In this document: positions 8,907 through 18,316 of the stretch, piece by piece
How the letters are laid out: each line of letters starts with the position of its first letter
How positions within the stretch are numbered: position 1 is the first letter of the stretch
Source of the DNA: Candidatus Woesearchaeota archaeon
Lineage (GTDB): Archaea; Nanobdellota; Nanobdellia; Woesearchaeales; UBA9642
DNA: 64,000 bases
Reading direction: 5' to 3'
NCBI GenBank assembly: GCA_016928115.1
Contig: JAFGLI010000022.1
Coordinates: forward strand, 560 to 64,559
The notes under the pieces: generated by a model
Databases searched by the model: none
Told to the model about the DNA's origin: nothing
Seen by the model: the letters and a program-made list of their open reading frames with translations, nothing else
Translations under genes and position numbers: made by a program

Positions 8907-9761
8907 ATGGCAAAAAAACCAGAGCTTTCAACAAATGCAGCACCAACATGGTGCCCCGGATGTTATAATTTTTTCATATTAAAGGCAGTGCAGAATGTCC
9001 TTGAAAAAATGATAAAACAGGGTAAACTAAAACAGGAAAACATTGTCATGGCCACAGGAATAGGGTGCCATGCAAAGATATTTGATTACTTAAATGTGGG
9101 TGGAGTTTACTCATTACATGGAAGAACCATAGCTGCTGCCTTGGGAATGAAGCTGGGAAACCCAAACCTTACCGTCTTTGGCTTTGGAGGAGATGGTGAC
9201 ACTTATGATGAAGGTGTTTCCCATTTTGTTCATAACTGCAGGTATAATGCAGACATAAATATGATAGTACATAATAACCAGATTTTTGCTCTGACAACTG
9301 GCCAGGGAACAGCAACATCTGAAGAATATGCAGTAACAAAAGCCCAGCCCGAAGGATTAAAGATAAAACCCATGAACCCTATAGCAGTTGCTCTTGAACT
9401 AGGGGCAACATTTGTGGCAAGAGCCTTTGCCGGTGATATGGAGCATATGACAAAGATAATTGAAGAAGCTGTGAAACACAAAGGCTTTTCATTGATTGAT
9501 ATACTTCAGCCATGCCTTATTTTCCATAATAAATTAGAGTCAATGAACAAACAGTTCTATAAGCTTGAAGACAAAAAACATGACTTTAAAAACCTGGACC
9601 TGGCACTGAAAAAAGCAAGGGAATGGGATTATGAAGATGAAAAATCCGGGATTCCACTGGGCATATTCTATAAAGTAAGAGAGCCAACCCTGAATGAAAA
9701 ACTATCCAACCAGAAAAAGCTGATGGAAAAAGGCAAAGGATGGTTTCAGGTTAAGAGATAA
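8907..9761 (+). CDS. 2-oxoacid:ferredoxin oxidoreductase, beta (TPP-binding) subunit
   Basis: 'GIGCHAKIFDY' and 'GFGGDGDTYDEG' match the TPP-binding motif of the POR/OFOR beta subunit. Confidence 0.8.
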   Translation: MAKKPELSTNAAPTWCPGCYNFFILKAVQNVLEKMIKQGKLKQENIVMATGIGCHAKIFDYLNVGGVYSLHGRTIAAALGMKLGNPNLTVFGFGGDGDTYDEGVSHFVHNCRYNADINMIVHNNQIFALTTGQGTATSEEYAVTKAQPEGLKIKPMNPIAVALELGATFVARAFAGDMEHMTKIIEEAVKHKGFSLIDILQPCLIFHNKLESMNKQFYKLEDKKHDFKNLDLALKKAREWDYEDEKSGIPLGIFYKVREPTLNEKLSNQKKLMEKGKGWFQVKR

Positions 9762-9801
9762 TCGAAAGATTTAAATATTCTAAGAAATATAGTTTTTTAA
9801 T

Positions 9802-10098
9802 ATGATATTAATGGAATATCCTTTTATAGAAATAGAAATTTCAGTTGTTATTTTATTGGCTTTATTCTTTCATTTTTTTCTTACGATAAAAGATTGGAAT
9901 AAGTCTGAAAAATCTTTTAGAGTAACTAATTCTGTTATTGGGGCCATATTGTTTATATTTGGTATTTTTGGTATTGTGGGTTCTTTTATTTCAACTGAAG
10001 GTTATTTTTTAGCAATATTTGTTTTGAGTATTTTGATACCTTTTTTTGTTGCGGTTTTTATTGGTTGGTTAATTAGATGGATTGTTATTAAGAGATAA
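9802..10098 (+). CDS. Small membrane protein (98 aa)
   Basis: Three hydrophobic helices; no known motif. Confidence 0.35.
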   Translation: MILMEYPFIEIEISVVILLALFFHFFLTIKDWNKSEKSFRVTNSVIGAILFIFGIFGIVGSFISTEGYFLAIFVLSILIPFFVAVFIGWLIRWIVIKR

Positions 10099-10143
10099 TT
10101 CTTTTGAAAACATTTTTATATAACAAAATTTTAAATAATTCTT

Positions 10144-11310
10144 ATGGAAAAAAGAGTTTCAGACATATTCAGGCTGATGAGGCCTTTTAATAAAAACGAA
10201 AGAAGGACTATAAGGGAATTAAGCAAATTCCTGGATAAAAAAGAGATGGGAGATGTTAAATATCTTCTCAAGCTCAGGAAGGTTTATATAGAAATCAAAC
10301 AAATAACCATAGTAAATTTCTCGTATCCCGTTATAAAAGCCCTGGATAAAGAAAGCAAAGAAGCCAAGAAGATAGCAGAATACTACAATAATAAGATAAA
10401 TGAAACAATAAGCAGGGAATTGTTCAGTGAGTTCTCAAAAAAATCTGAAAAAATAAAGGAATACATAGCCCCCAATATTGAGGGATTCGGTGATATAAAG
10501 GAAGCTTCCATGCTGCTGCTGTTCTCAGAAAAAATGCATATATTATTATTGGGAGACCCGGGAACAGGAAAAACTGAAATACTGCGTTATGTGGATAAAT
10601 TAGCGCCAATAAGCTCTTTTGGACTAGGCTCGGGAACCTCGGGAGTGGGATTGTCTATAAATGTACAGGGAAAAGAAGTAACAAAAGGGCTGCTTCCCCT
10701 GGCAAACAACGGCGTATGCTGCATAGATGAATTGAACCTGATGAAAAAACAGGATATGGCCTCATTATACAATGCAATGGAAAAGGGTTTTGTTACATAT
10801 GACAAGGGGAAAACTCATATCAGGATGGATGCAAAAATCAAAGTCCTGGCGACAGCAAACCCGCGGGGAGATAAATTCGAGGGTAAGAAAAAAGAAAAGA
10901 TAAGGGAGCAGCTGCCATTTGACCCTGCACTGCTTACAAGATTTCATATTGTTTTCTTTATAAGAAAGCCAGATATTGAAAAATTCATGAAGATAACCAG
11001 GAAAATAGTCAGGGATGAAAAAATAAATATAAAAGAAGAGGATATACATTTTATAAAAAAGTATATAGAATATGCAAAATCAATTGATGTCGGGCTTGAG
11101 CCTGAATTCGAAGCAAAGATAATTGAATTTGTCGAGGAAATAAAAAAAGACGAGAACAGTTTTATTGTTGATATAACCCCCAGAATAGTCAAGGGCATAA
11201 TCAATATCGCCAAAGCAAATGCAAGACTGCATTTAAGAAACAAAACAAGCAGGGAGGATATTGAGAAAGCAATAAATATCTTAAAGCACAGCCTATATAA
11301 TGTTTACTAA
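10144..11310 (+). CDS. MCM-family AAA+ ATPase lacking the MCM N-terminal domain (388 aa)
   Basis: Walker A 'LLLGDPGTGKTE', Walker B 'GVCCIDELNLM', 'KVLATANP', sensor-2-like 'ALLTRFHIVFF' and pre-Walker 'IAPNIEGFGDIKEA' all match the MCM AAA+ core. Only about 110 aa precede the ATPase domain, so there is no room for the OB-fold or zinc domain. Confidence 0.7.
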   Translation: MEKRVSDIFRLMRPFNKNERRTIRELSKFLDKKEMGDVKYLLKLRKVYIEIKQITIVNFSYPVIKALDKESKEAKKIAEYYNNKINETISRELFSEFSKKSEKIKEYIAPNIEGFGDIKEASMLLLFSEKMHILLLGDPGTGKTEILRYVDKLAPISSFGLGSGTSGVGLSINVQGKEVTKGLLPLANNGVCCIDELNLMKKQDMASLYNAMEKGFVTYDKGKTHIRMDAKIKVLATANPRGDKFEGKKKEKIREQLPFDPALLTRFHIVFFIRKPDIEKFMKITRKIVRDEKINIKEEDIHFIKKYIEYAKSIDVGLEPEFEAKIIEFVEEIKKDENSFIVDITPRIVKGIINIAKANARLHLRNKTSREDIEKAINILKHSLYNVY

Positions 11311-11353
11311 TAACAGTTAATAATCATCAGAATTAATATAATTAAAATTCAAA

Positions 11354-11875
11354 ATGCAGATAAACCCTGAAATTTTAAAATACCGCGGATGGATGGAGCA
11401 TGAAATAGATGAGGTATTTAACATCCTTGAAAGAGTGGAGTCAAAAAAATCCCCTGTTGTGAGATTCACAGAGGAATTTGTCATCTGGCTCCTACTCTTC
11501 ATAGTTATTCTTGCAACAGCAATATTTGCAATCATAATAACTCCCTTTATCATAATTGCCACAGGAAAAGTCATTTATCCCCTTATAGGGCTGTTTGGCC
11601 TGACTAAAAGCATCCTCTTCGTAAATGTCCTGAAGGATATGGAAAAGGTCAAAAAACACCATCATTTTATAATCTCAATGAGCATAGTAATATTCACATT
11701 CCTCATTTTCTCAGGAGTTATATTCCTGATAAATAATTCAGGAATCCATAACCTTTCAAATGCATCAACTGATTTCAGGATAATGGGTATAGTTTATGTA
11801 ACTGCATTTTTCATACCTTATATAGCCTTCATGATGCACAACAATAAAAACAACAAAGGCAGGAGAAAACAATAA
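11354..11875 (+). CDS. Membrane protein (173 aa)
   Basis: Multiple TM helices; no known motif. Confidence 0.4.
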   Translation: MQINPEILKYRGWMEHEIDEVFNILERVESKKSPVVRFTEEFVIWLLLFIVILATAIFAIIITPFIIIATGKVIYPLIGLFGLTKSILFVNVLKDMEKVKKHHHFIISMSIVIFTFLIFSGVIFLINNSGIHNLSNASTDFRIMGIVYVTAFFIPYIAFMMHNNKNNKGRRKQ

Positions 11876-11876
11876 A

Positions 11877-12287
11877 ATGGACCTTAAGGAATGGACAAGT
11901 ATTTATGTAAAGCACAAGGACATAATTAAAAAAAACATAATCAAGGAAGAAGATAAAGGCAGCCACATAGAATACGAATATAAAAACCATATAAAGCACA
12001 GTTATTTTATAATTCCTGAACTGAATAATGCTGATATAGATAATATAAATAAAAAAGATTTCACAACTATTGTGACAAGAAACAAAAAAGAAAACCTTGA
12101 CTTTCTTATATCTGAATGGGAAAAACTAAAGGAATTCCCTAACATGACTTTTATATTTGTGAACCAGGAGCTAAACACCAAATGGGTAATAAAGCCATAT
12201 ACTCACCACAAAATAAGCGATGAGAAAAGCCTTGTAAGAGGATTAACAGCTATGTTCTACAGGTGCGAAGGAATTGAGCAGCAATAA
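11877..12287 (+). CDS. Hypothetical protein (136 aa)
   Basis: ORF start abuts the preceding gene's stop (1-nt spacing). Confidence 0.4.
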   Translation: MDLKEWTSIYVKHKDIIKKNIIKEEDKGSHIEYEYKNHIKHSYFIIPELNNADIDNINKKDFTTIVTRNKKENLDFLISEWEKLKEFPNMTFIFVNQELNTKWVIKPYTHHKISDEKSLVRGLTAMFYRCEGIEQQ

Positions 12288-12347
12288 AAAACACAGAAAT
12301 AATCAATTTAGGTAAAAAAATTAAAATAAGAATAATAGAAATAAAAA

Positions 12348-12614
12348 TTATTCTTTATCTTCTGAGAAATTAGGAACTGCTGCCCTGCTTATTATGATTA
12401 TGTCTCCTATGCTCTTGACTAACTTATGGGGAACTATAACACCTTTTGCAGAACTCAGGACATTATTCAGGAATGAATTCTTTGTAGCCTTGACTCTCCA
12501 GCCGAATACCTTGTTATCAACAAGAATGGATTCCTCAACATCGCCGAAATAATCGCCGTCATCAGTGAAAACCCTCATATCATAAGTTTCACTTATTTTT
12601 TTCATCTTTAACAT
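12348..12614 (-). CDS. PRC-barrel domain protein (88 aa)
   Basis: 'VFTDDGDYFGDVEESILVD...G' matches the PRC-barrel pattern. Confidence 0.5.
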   Translation of the reverse strand: MLKMKKISETYDMRVFTDDGDYFGDVEESILVDNKVFGWRVKATKNSFLNNVLSSAKGVIVPHKLVKSIGDIIIISRAAVPNFSEDKE

Positions 12615-12712
12615 TTTTTCATCACCACCTTGCTTTTGTTTATTAGATATATTGTTTATCTTATTTATTAAATTTTACCTATTATACAATAAAAACTCTG
12701 GTTTATATATGT

Positions 12713-12738
12713 TTCGATTTTATGAAGATAAAATCGAA
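12713..12738. promoter_or_regulatory. Perfect 11-bp inverted repeat with GAAG loop (ttcgattttat-gaag-ataaaatcgaa)
   Basis: Read directly. Lies in the intergenic region between two minus-strand genes. Could be a terminator or an operator. Confidence 0.4.
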
Positions 12739-12775
12739 TCTGCCAACAAAGTAACTATGTTTTAGATTTTATGAG

Positions 12776-13867
12776 CTAAATAAAATTAGGAAGCTCGCTT
12801 TGCCTCTTGCTGAGTTTCTTATATCTCTTAAGGTTCTGTATGCTGTTTACTATTGCAAGTATAATATCTGAAGCCTCCTCAGGAAAGAACTTGTTCATGA
12901 ATTCGCTTACCTCTATCTCAAGAACAACATTGTCCTGGCCCATTTTCAGTTCAGTTTTTGGGCCGTAGGCAGTCTCCCCCCCGAATATCTCATTCAGTGA
13001 AACATAAGGGGCAGGCGCATTTTCCATGGCATTCTTGGCTGCAAGGACAAAATTCCTGCTTGTAAAATTGTTTATAAGATTTTCTACAAACTCCTTGTCT
13101 CCGTATTTCTTGATAAAGCTAAAATCCTTTTTCAGGTTTTTCTTGTATTCTATGCCTGATTTTTTTATGGAAAAATCGCCAAAAACCTTTTTTATCCTGT
13201 ATGCCCTTCTTCTTGACTCAACAGCCGCTTCCTCTATATAAAGGTCTTTTATGCTCCTGAAAAACTCATTATTTGTCTTGTTTATTTCTGCTATTATCTT
13301 TTTCATAATCCTTGTGTTTATTCCTTTTCCCCTGAAATTCACTACATCCATTATAATCGGAAAATTCTTGGGCCTTGTGAACTTTGTATGGAGAAATATA
13401 AAAAAAACACCGCTCCTTCTTACAGTTGACCAGAATAAATCATAAATCCTTTCCCTGTAATCATGGTCCTTTTTATCAGCAGCAACCCAGGCATATTTCT
13501 TCCTGTATTTTACAAGCTCTCTCCTGTTTATATCCGCTTCGAAATTTTTATAGTATTTCAAAGCCATATCCATCTGAGGCTTCATCCTGTTAAAATCTAT
13601 CCCCCATATCCTTTTTCTTGAGATGTTGGAAAGAATAAATGTTCCCCCCACTTTCCTGAAACATAAAGAAGCAACCATATCGCTGTACTCATCCCTTGAA
13701 GTGGGGGTTTCAAGATTAGGGCCTGAATGCTGGGTAATAAACACAACTCCTGAGCCGTTTCTGTAAACAGTAAATCCCTCTTCAAAATCAGGTCTCATAT
13801 TAAATAAAAACTGATTATTTTTATTTATATATCTTTCGAAAACACTTTTAGTATAATAAAAACACAA
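12776..13867 (-). CDS. Hypothetical protein (363 aa), possibly a Zn-dependent amidohydrolase-like enzyme
   Basis: 'GVVFITQHSGPNLETP' weakly resembles the N-formylglutamate-amidohydrolase family N-terminal motif. Otherwise unassigned. Confidence 0.45.
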   Translation of the reverse strand: MCFYYTKSVFERYINKNNQFLFNMRPDFEEGFTVYRNGSGVVFITQHSGPNLETPTSRDEYSDMVASLCFRKVGGTFILSNISRKRIWGIDFNRMKPQMDMALKYYKNFEADINRRELVKYRKKYAWVAADKKDHDYRERIYDLFWSTVRRSGVFFIFLHTKFTRPKNFPIIMDVVNFRGKGINTRIMKKIIAEINKTNNEFFRSIKDLYIEEAAVESRRRAYRIKKVFGDFSIKKSGIEYKKNLKKDFSFIKKYGDKEFVENLINNFTSRNFVLAAKNAMENAPAPYVSLNEIFGGETAYGPKTELKMGQDNVVLEIEVSEFMNKFFPEEASDIILAIVNSIQNLKRYKKLSKRQSELPNFI

Positions 13868-13973
13868 AACAGAGAATAATATTTGAGAAGGATTATCGAA
13901 AACTATTTAAATATAGCCCCATAATCTAAAATTAGTTAAGCTAAAATAAATATTTAATAAAAGGGGTGAAAAA

Positions 13974-14222
13974 ATGGCAATTGCTGCAGAGCTTAGAGTT
14001 ATTCTGGCGATTATTATAGGCACTTTGGCTGCTATTGTATACAGTTTAAGGGTTCTTGTTTTAATGGAGAGAAGGATAGCAAGAATGGACTACAATATTG
14101 AAAAGCTTACCTCAAGAGTTCTGGGGGAAGAGAAGAAAATAGAAAGTGAAGAGAAGAAACTTGAAAGAATGCTTAAACTGGGTAAGAAGAGAAGAAAATC
14201 AGGGAAGAAAAAGAGAAAATAG
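13974..14222 (+). CDS. Small protein with N-terminal TM helix and highly basic coiled tail (82 aa)
   Basis: Hydrophobic N-terminus followed by a K/R/E-rich tail ending KKRRKSGKKKRK. Confidence 0.35.
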   Translation: MAIAAELRVILAIIIGTLAAIVYSLRVLVLMERRIARMDYNIEKLTSRVLGEEKKIESEEKKLERMLKLGKKRRKSGKKKRK

Positions 14223-14284
14223 TTTTTTATTCTTTAATATATTAAACTATTAAATACCAGTATATCCTAATACAGCTAAAAGAG

Positions 14285-14725
14285 GTGATTGCTGCTTTGG
14301 AAAACAAGGAAGAGGACAAAAAAGAGATATTGTTCCAGGACAAGAATCTTTTTGAGGATGAAAAGCCAAAAGAGCAGGAAACAGTATTTTCAAATCTTTC
14401 CGGGGCAATAAAGGATATGCAGAGAAGGATAACTATTCTTGAGGAAAGATACAAAAACCTGAGAAGCAAAACCCAGATTACAGACCAGAATATGCTGGAA
14501 TCAGAAAGAAACTATAACACTCAAGCAAAGGAAATAAGTGAGGATATTATGGAGATAAAACACAGCATTAATGAGTTAAACGAAAAGGTTTCCCTTTTTA
14601 ACGCTGAATTTGAGAATGTTGCCAGAAAAAATGATTTAAGGGTCATTGAGAAATATGTTGAATTATGGGACCCTACACAATTTGTAAGGAAAAAAAATAA
14701 AGAAAAGCTCAAAAATAATGATTAA
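14285..14725 (+). CDS. Coiled-coil protein (146 aa; probable GTG start)
   Basis: Heptad-rich sequence. 'aagaggtg' RBS-like motif overlaps the GTG. Confidence 0.4.
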   Translation: MIAALENKEEDKKEILFQDKNLFEDEKPKEQETVFSNLSGAIKDMQRRITILEERYKNLRSKTQITDQNMLESERNYNTQAKEISEDIMEIKHSINELNEKVSLFNAEFENVARKNDLRVIEKYVELWDPTQFVRKKNKEKLKNND

Positions 14726-14749
14726 ATTTTTCCGTGAAAAAGAGGTGAT

Positions 14750-14787
14750 GAGGGTTTATTTTTTAAAAACCCTCTTTTCCTATTTTT
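14750..14787 (+). terminator. Intrinsic-terminator-like hairpin plus T-run
   Basis: gagggttt (14750-14757) pairs with aaaccctc (14767-14774). The A/T loop is followed by 'ttttcctattttt'. Confidence 0.4.
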
Positions 14788-14813
14788 AAATTAAACAAAG
14801 AGGTAAAAGCAGG

Positions 14814-17234
14814 ATGGATAGAAATAAAGAATTCATTTTATGGTTTGACCAGATATCTATTAATGATGTCCCTTTGGTCGGAGGTAAAAATGCTTCCCTT
14901 GGTGAAATGTACCGGGAGCTGTCGGGTGTGGGCATAAATGTACCTAACGGATTTGCAATAACTGCGCATTCATACAGGTATGTTCTTGAAAAAGCAGGGG
15001 TTATGGAAAAAATAAAAAAAACCCTGAAAGACATTGATACAAAAGATATGGAAGACCTGAAAGAAAAAGGCCATGCTGTAAGGAATATAATACTTAACAT
15101 TGAATTTCCTGAAGAAATTAAAAAACCCATTATTGAAGCCTATAGAAACCTGTGCGGGGCTTATTTCAATGATAAAAGGGATATAGATGTTGCTGTAAGA
15201 AGCTCTGCAACAGCAGAGGACCTTGCTGATGCAAGCTTTGCAGGTCAGCAGGAGACATACCTTAATGTTAAAGGGGAAGCCCAACTGCTCCAAGCATGCA
15301 AAAGATGCCTTGCCTCATTATTCACAAACAGGGCAATAAGCTACAGGGAAGAAAAGGGTTTTGACCATTTTTCAGCTGCCCTGAGCATAGGGATTCAGAA
15401 AATGGTGAGAAGCGACCTGGCATCTTCAGGAGTCATGTTCTCAATAGACACAGAAACAGGCTTCAGGAATGTTGTTTTCATCACAGCAGGCTATGGTTTA
15501 GGGGAAAACATTGTCCAGGGAGCCATAAACCCTGATGAATATTATGTCTTCAAGCCAACCCTCAAGCAGGGATATAATTCCATCATCAGCAAAAACCCCG
15601 GCTCAAAGGAAATAAAGATGGTTTATGACCAGTCAGGCAGCAAACACACAAAAAATGTCAAAGTGGAGCTGAAAGACAGGAAAAGATTCGTGCTTGATGA
15701 AGAAAAAATAATCAAGCTGGCAAAATGGGCATGCATTATAGAAGACCACTACAGTTGGAAAAAAGGCAGATATATGCCTATGGACATAGAATGGGCTGAG
15801 GACGGAAAAACAGGAGAATTATTTATTGTTCAGGCAAGGCCTGAGACAGTACAGTCCCAGAAAAATAAGGCTATTCTGGAGGAATACATATTAAAAGAAA
15901 AAGGCAATGTATTGTCAAAAGGAAAAAGCGTAGGGCAGAAAATAGGAAAAGGAAAGGCAAATGTTATAAAGGATGTCCACAACATCGACAAGTTCAATGA
16001 AAACGAAATACTGGTCACGGAAATGACAGACCCTGACTGGGAGCCCATAATGAAAAAGGCTGCTGCTATTGTAACAAACAGAGGGGGCAGAACATGCCAT
16101 GCCGCCATTATCTCAAGAGAGCTTGGTATACCCTGCGTTGTAGGCACAGAGGATGCAACAGATGTAATAAAAAAAGGGAATGAGATAACTGTAAGCTGTG
16201 CTGAAGGGGAAGAAGGGTTTGTATATAAAGGGCTTCTTGACTTTGAAGTCAAAAAATATAACCTTGAAAGCATACCTAAAACAAAGACAAAAATTATGAT
16301 AAACATCGGAAATCCTGAAGAGGCTTTTGAGCTGAGCTTTCTGCCCAATTCAGGCGTAGGATTAGCCAGGGAGGAGTTTATTATAAACTCATACATCAAA
16401 ATACACCCCAAAGCACTGCTGGATTTTGAAAATATAAAAGACAAGAAAGCAAAGAAAAAAATAGAGAAACTGACATACTCTTATGAAGACAAAACCCTGT
16501 TTTTTATTGATAAATTAGCCCAGGGAATAGGGATGATTGCCGCTGCTTTTTACCCTAAAGATGTAATTGTAAGGCTGTCTGACTTTAAGTCAAATGAATA
16601 CGCCAACCTTATAGGGGGAAAGGAATTTGAGCCGGAAGAGGATAACCCCATGATAGGATGGCGGGGGGCTTCCAGGTATTATAATGAGAAATATAAAGAG
16701 GCATTTGCTTTGGAATGCAGAGCTTTGAAAAAGGTGAGGGAGGAATTCGGCCTGAATAATGTCAAGGTGATGGTGCCTTTCTGCAGGACAACAAAAGAAG
16801 GAAAAAAAGTCCTGAGGGAAATGGAAAAAAACGGTTTAAGGCAGGGTGAAAAAGGTTTAGAGGTATATGTGATGTGCGAGATACCAAGCAATGTCCTGCT
16901 GGGGGAGGAGTTTTCTGAAATATTTGACGGATTTTCAATAGGAACGAATGATTTAACGCAGCTGACACTGGGTCTGGACAGGGACTCTGAACTGGTATCT
17001 GATATATTTGATGAAAGGAATGATGCAGTTAAGAATATGGTAAGAAAGATAATAAACACAGCCCACAGGAACAACAGAAAAGTCGGCATCTGCGGCGATG
17101 CGCCATCTACATTCAAGGAGTTCGCGCAGTTTCTGGTTGAATGCGGAATTGACTCAATAAGCCTGAGCCCTGATGCAGTCATAAGGACAACCTTAAGCAT
17201 TGCTGAAGAAGAGAAAAAACTTTCAGGAGGATAA
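14814..17234 (+). CDS. ppsA: Phosphoenolpyruvate synthase
   Basis: N-terminal ATP-grasp 'VPLVGGKNASLGEM', phosphohistidine region 'GGRTCHAAIISRELGIPCVVG' and C-terminal PEP-utilising TIM-barrel domain. Confidence 0.9.
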   Translation: MDRNKEFILWFDQISINDVPLVGGKNASLGEMYRELSGVGINVPNGFAITAHSYRYVLEKAGVMEKIKKTLKDIDTKDMEDLKEKGHAVRNIILNIEFPEEIKKPIIEAYRNLCGAYFNDKRDIDVAVRSSATAEDLADASFAGQQETYLNVKGEAQLLQACKRCLASLFTNRAISYREEKGFDHFSAALSIGIQKMVRSDLASSGVMFSIDTETGFRNVVFITAGYGLGENIVQGAINPDEYYVFKPTLKQGYNSIISKNPGSKEIKMVYDQSGSKHTKNVKVELKDRKRFVLDEEKIIKLAKWACIIEDHYSWKKGRYMPMDIEWAEDGKTGELFIVQARPETVQSQKNKAILEEYILKEKGNVLSKGKSVGQKIGKGKANVIKDVHNIDKFNENEILVTEMTDPDWEPIMKKAAAIVTNRGGRTCHAAIISRELGIPCVVGTEDATDVIKKGNEITVSCAEGEEGFVYKGLLDFEVKKYNLESIPKTKTKIMINIGNPEEAFELSFLPNSGVGLAREEFIINSYIKIHPKALLDFENIKDKKAKKKIEKLTYSYEDKTLFFIDKLAQGIGMIAAAFYPKDVIVRLSDFKSNEYANLIGGKEFEPEEDNPMIGWRGASRYYNEKYKEAFALECRALKKVREEFGLNNVKVMVPFCRTTKEGKKVLREMEKNGLRQGEKGLEVYVMCEIPSNVLLGEEFSEIFDGFSIGTNDLTQLTLGLDRDSELVSDIFDERNDAVKNMVRKIINTAHRNNRKVGICGDAPSTFKEFAQFLVECGIDSISLSPDAVIRTTLSIAEEEKKLSGG

Positions 17235-17300
17235 TGAAAATTAAATATTTGAAAAATTATATTTAAAAATAATATCATATGATATTTAAAAGGTGCAAAA

Positions 17301-18308
17301 ATGGTAAAAGTCGCAATTAATGGTTTCGGAAGGATAGGAAGGATGGTTTTCAGGGCAGGCATTGATAACCCTAACATTGAATGGGTAGCTATAAATGACT
17401 TAATGGATGCAGAGCAGCTTGCTTATCTGCTGAAAAAAGATTCTGTACACAAAAGCCTGAACAAACAAATAAAAACAGGCCATGATGCTCTTATAATAGA
17501 CAACAAAAGAGTTGAGCTGTTTAATGAAAAAGACCCTAAAAACCTGCCCTGGGATGAACTGAATATTGATGTTGTAATTGAATCCACAGGCCTTTTTACA
17601 AAAAAAGAACTTGCTGCAAAACACCTGAAGGCAGGAGCTAAAAAGGTTTTTATCTCTGCACCCAGTGACGACTGTGACTTTATGATTGTAAAAGGGGTAA
17701 ATGAGCATGACTATGACAGGGAAAAACATCATATCATAAGCAATGCATCATGCACAACCAACTGCATGGCTCCTGTTGCAAAGGTCATTAATGATAATTA
17801 CAGGATAAAAAGAGGGTTTATGACAACCATACATGCAGCAACCTCAACACAGAATCCAGTGGATGGTCCTAATAAAAAGGACATGAGACGAGGAAGGTCA
17901 TGCATGGTTAACATGGTTCCGACAAGTACAGGAGCAGCAAAAGCTGTTGTCAGGGTTATACCTGAATTAAAGGGAAAACTGGATGCAATGGCAATAAGAG
18001 TGCCTATAGTGAACGGCTCCATAATCGACCTTGTTGCTGAAACAGAAAAAAATGTCTCTGCTGAAGAGGTAAATAAATTGTTTGAAAATGTTGCAGAGCA
18101 TCACCTGAAAAATGTAATCGAATACACTGAAGAGCCCATAGTTTCAACAGATATAATAGGGAATTCCCATTCTGCAGTATTTGATGCATCACTTACAAAA
18201 ACAATTAATATTGAATATGGGACGATTATAAAAGTATTGGCATGGTATGACAATGAATGGGGATACAGCTGCAGGATGATTGACTTGATTCCCCTTCTTG
18301 TAAGATAA
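17301..18308 (+). CDS. gap: Glyceraldehyde-3-phosphate dehydrogenase, class I (bacterial/eukaryotic type)
   Basis: 'VAINGFGRIGR' Rossmann motif and the active-site 'ASCTTNC' signature. Confidence 0.9.
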   Translation: MVKVAINGFGRIGRMVFRAGIDNPNIEWVAINDLMDAEQLAYLLKKDSVHKSLNKQIKTGHDALIIDNKRVELFNEKDPKNLPWDELNIDVVIESTGLFTKKELAAKHLKAGAKKVFISAPSDDCDFMIVKGVNEHDYDREKHHIISNASCTTNCMAPVAKVINDNYRIKRGFMTTIHAATSTQNPVDGPNKKDMRRGRSCMVNMVPTSTGAAKAVVRVIPELKGKLDAMAIRVPIVNGSIIDLVAETEKNVSAEEVNKLFENVAEHHLKNVIEYTEEPIVSTDIIGNSHSAVFDASLTKTINIEYGTIIKVLAWYDNEWGYSCRMIDLIPLLVR

Positions 18309-18316
18309 CTGATAAA

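Noticed and set aside
10424-11243. Four antisense ORFs (61-99 aa) within the MCM-like gene
   Set aside because: They are nested inside a gene with strong motif conservation, and their translations are low complexity.
15830-17377. Long antisense ORFs (204 and 232 aa) inside ppsA
   Set aside because: They lie opposite a highly conserved enzyme gene, have no motifs, and are Ser/Phe/Leu-rich. These are frame artefacts.
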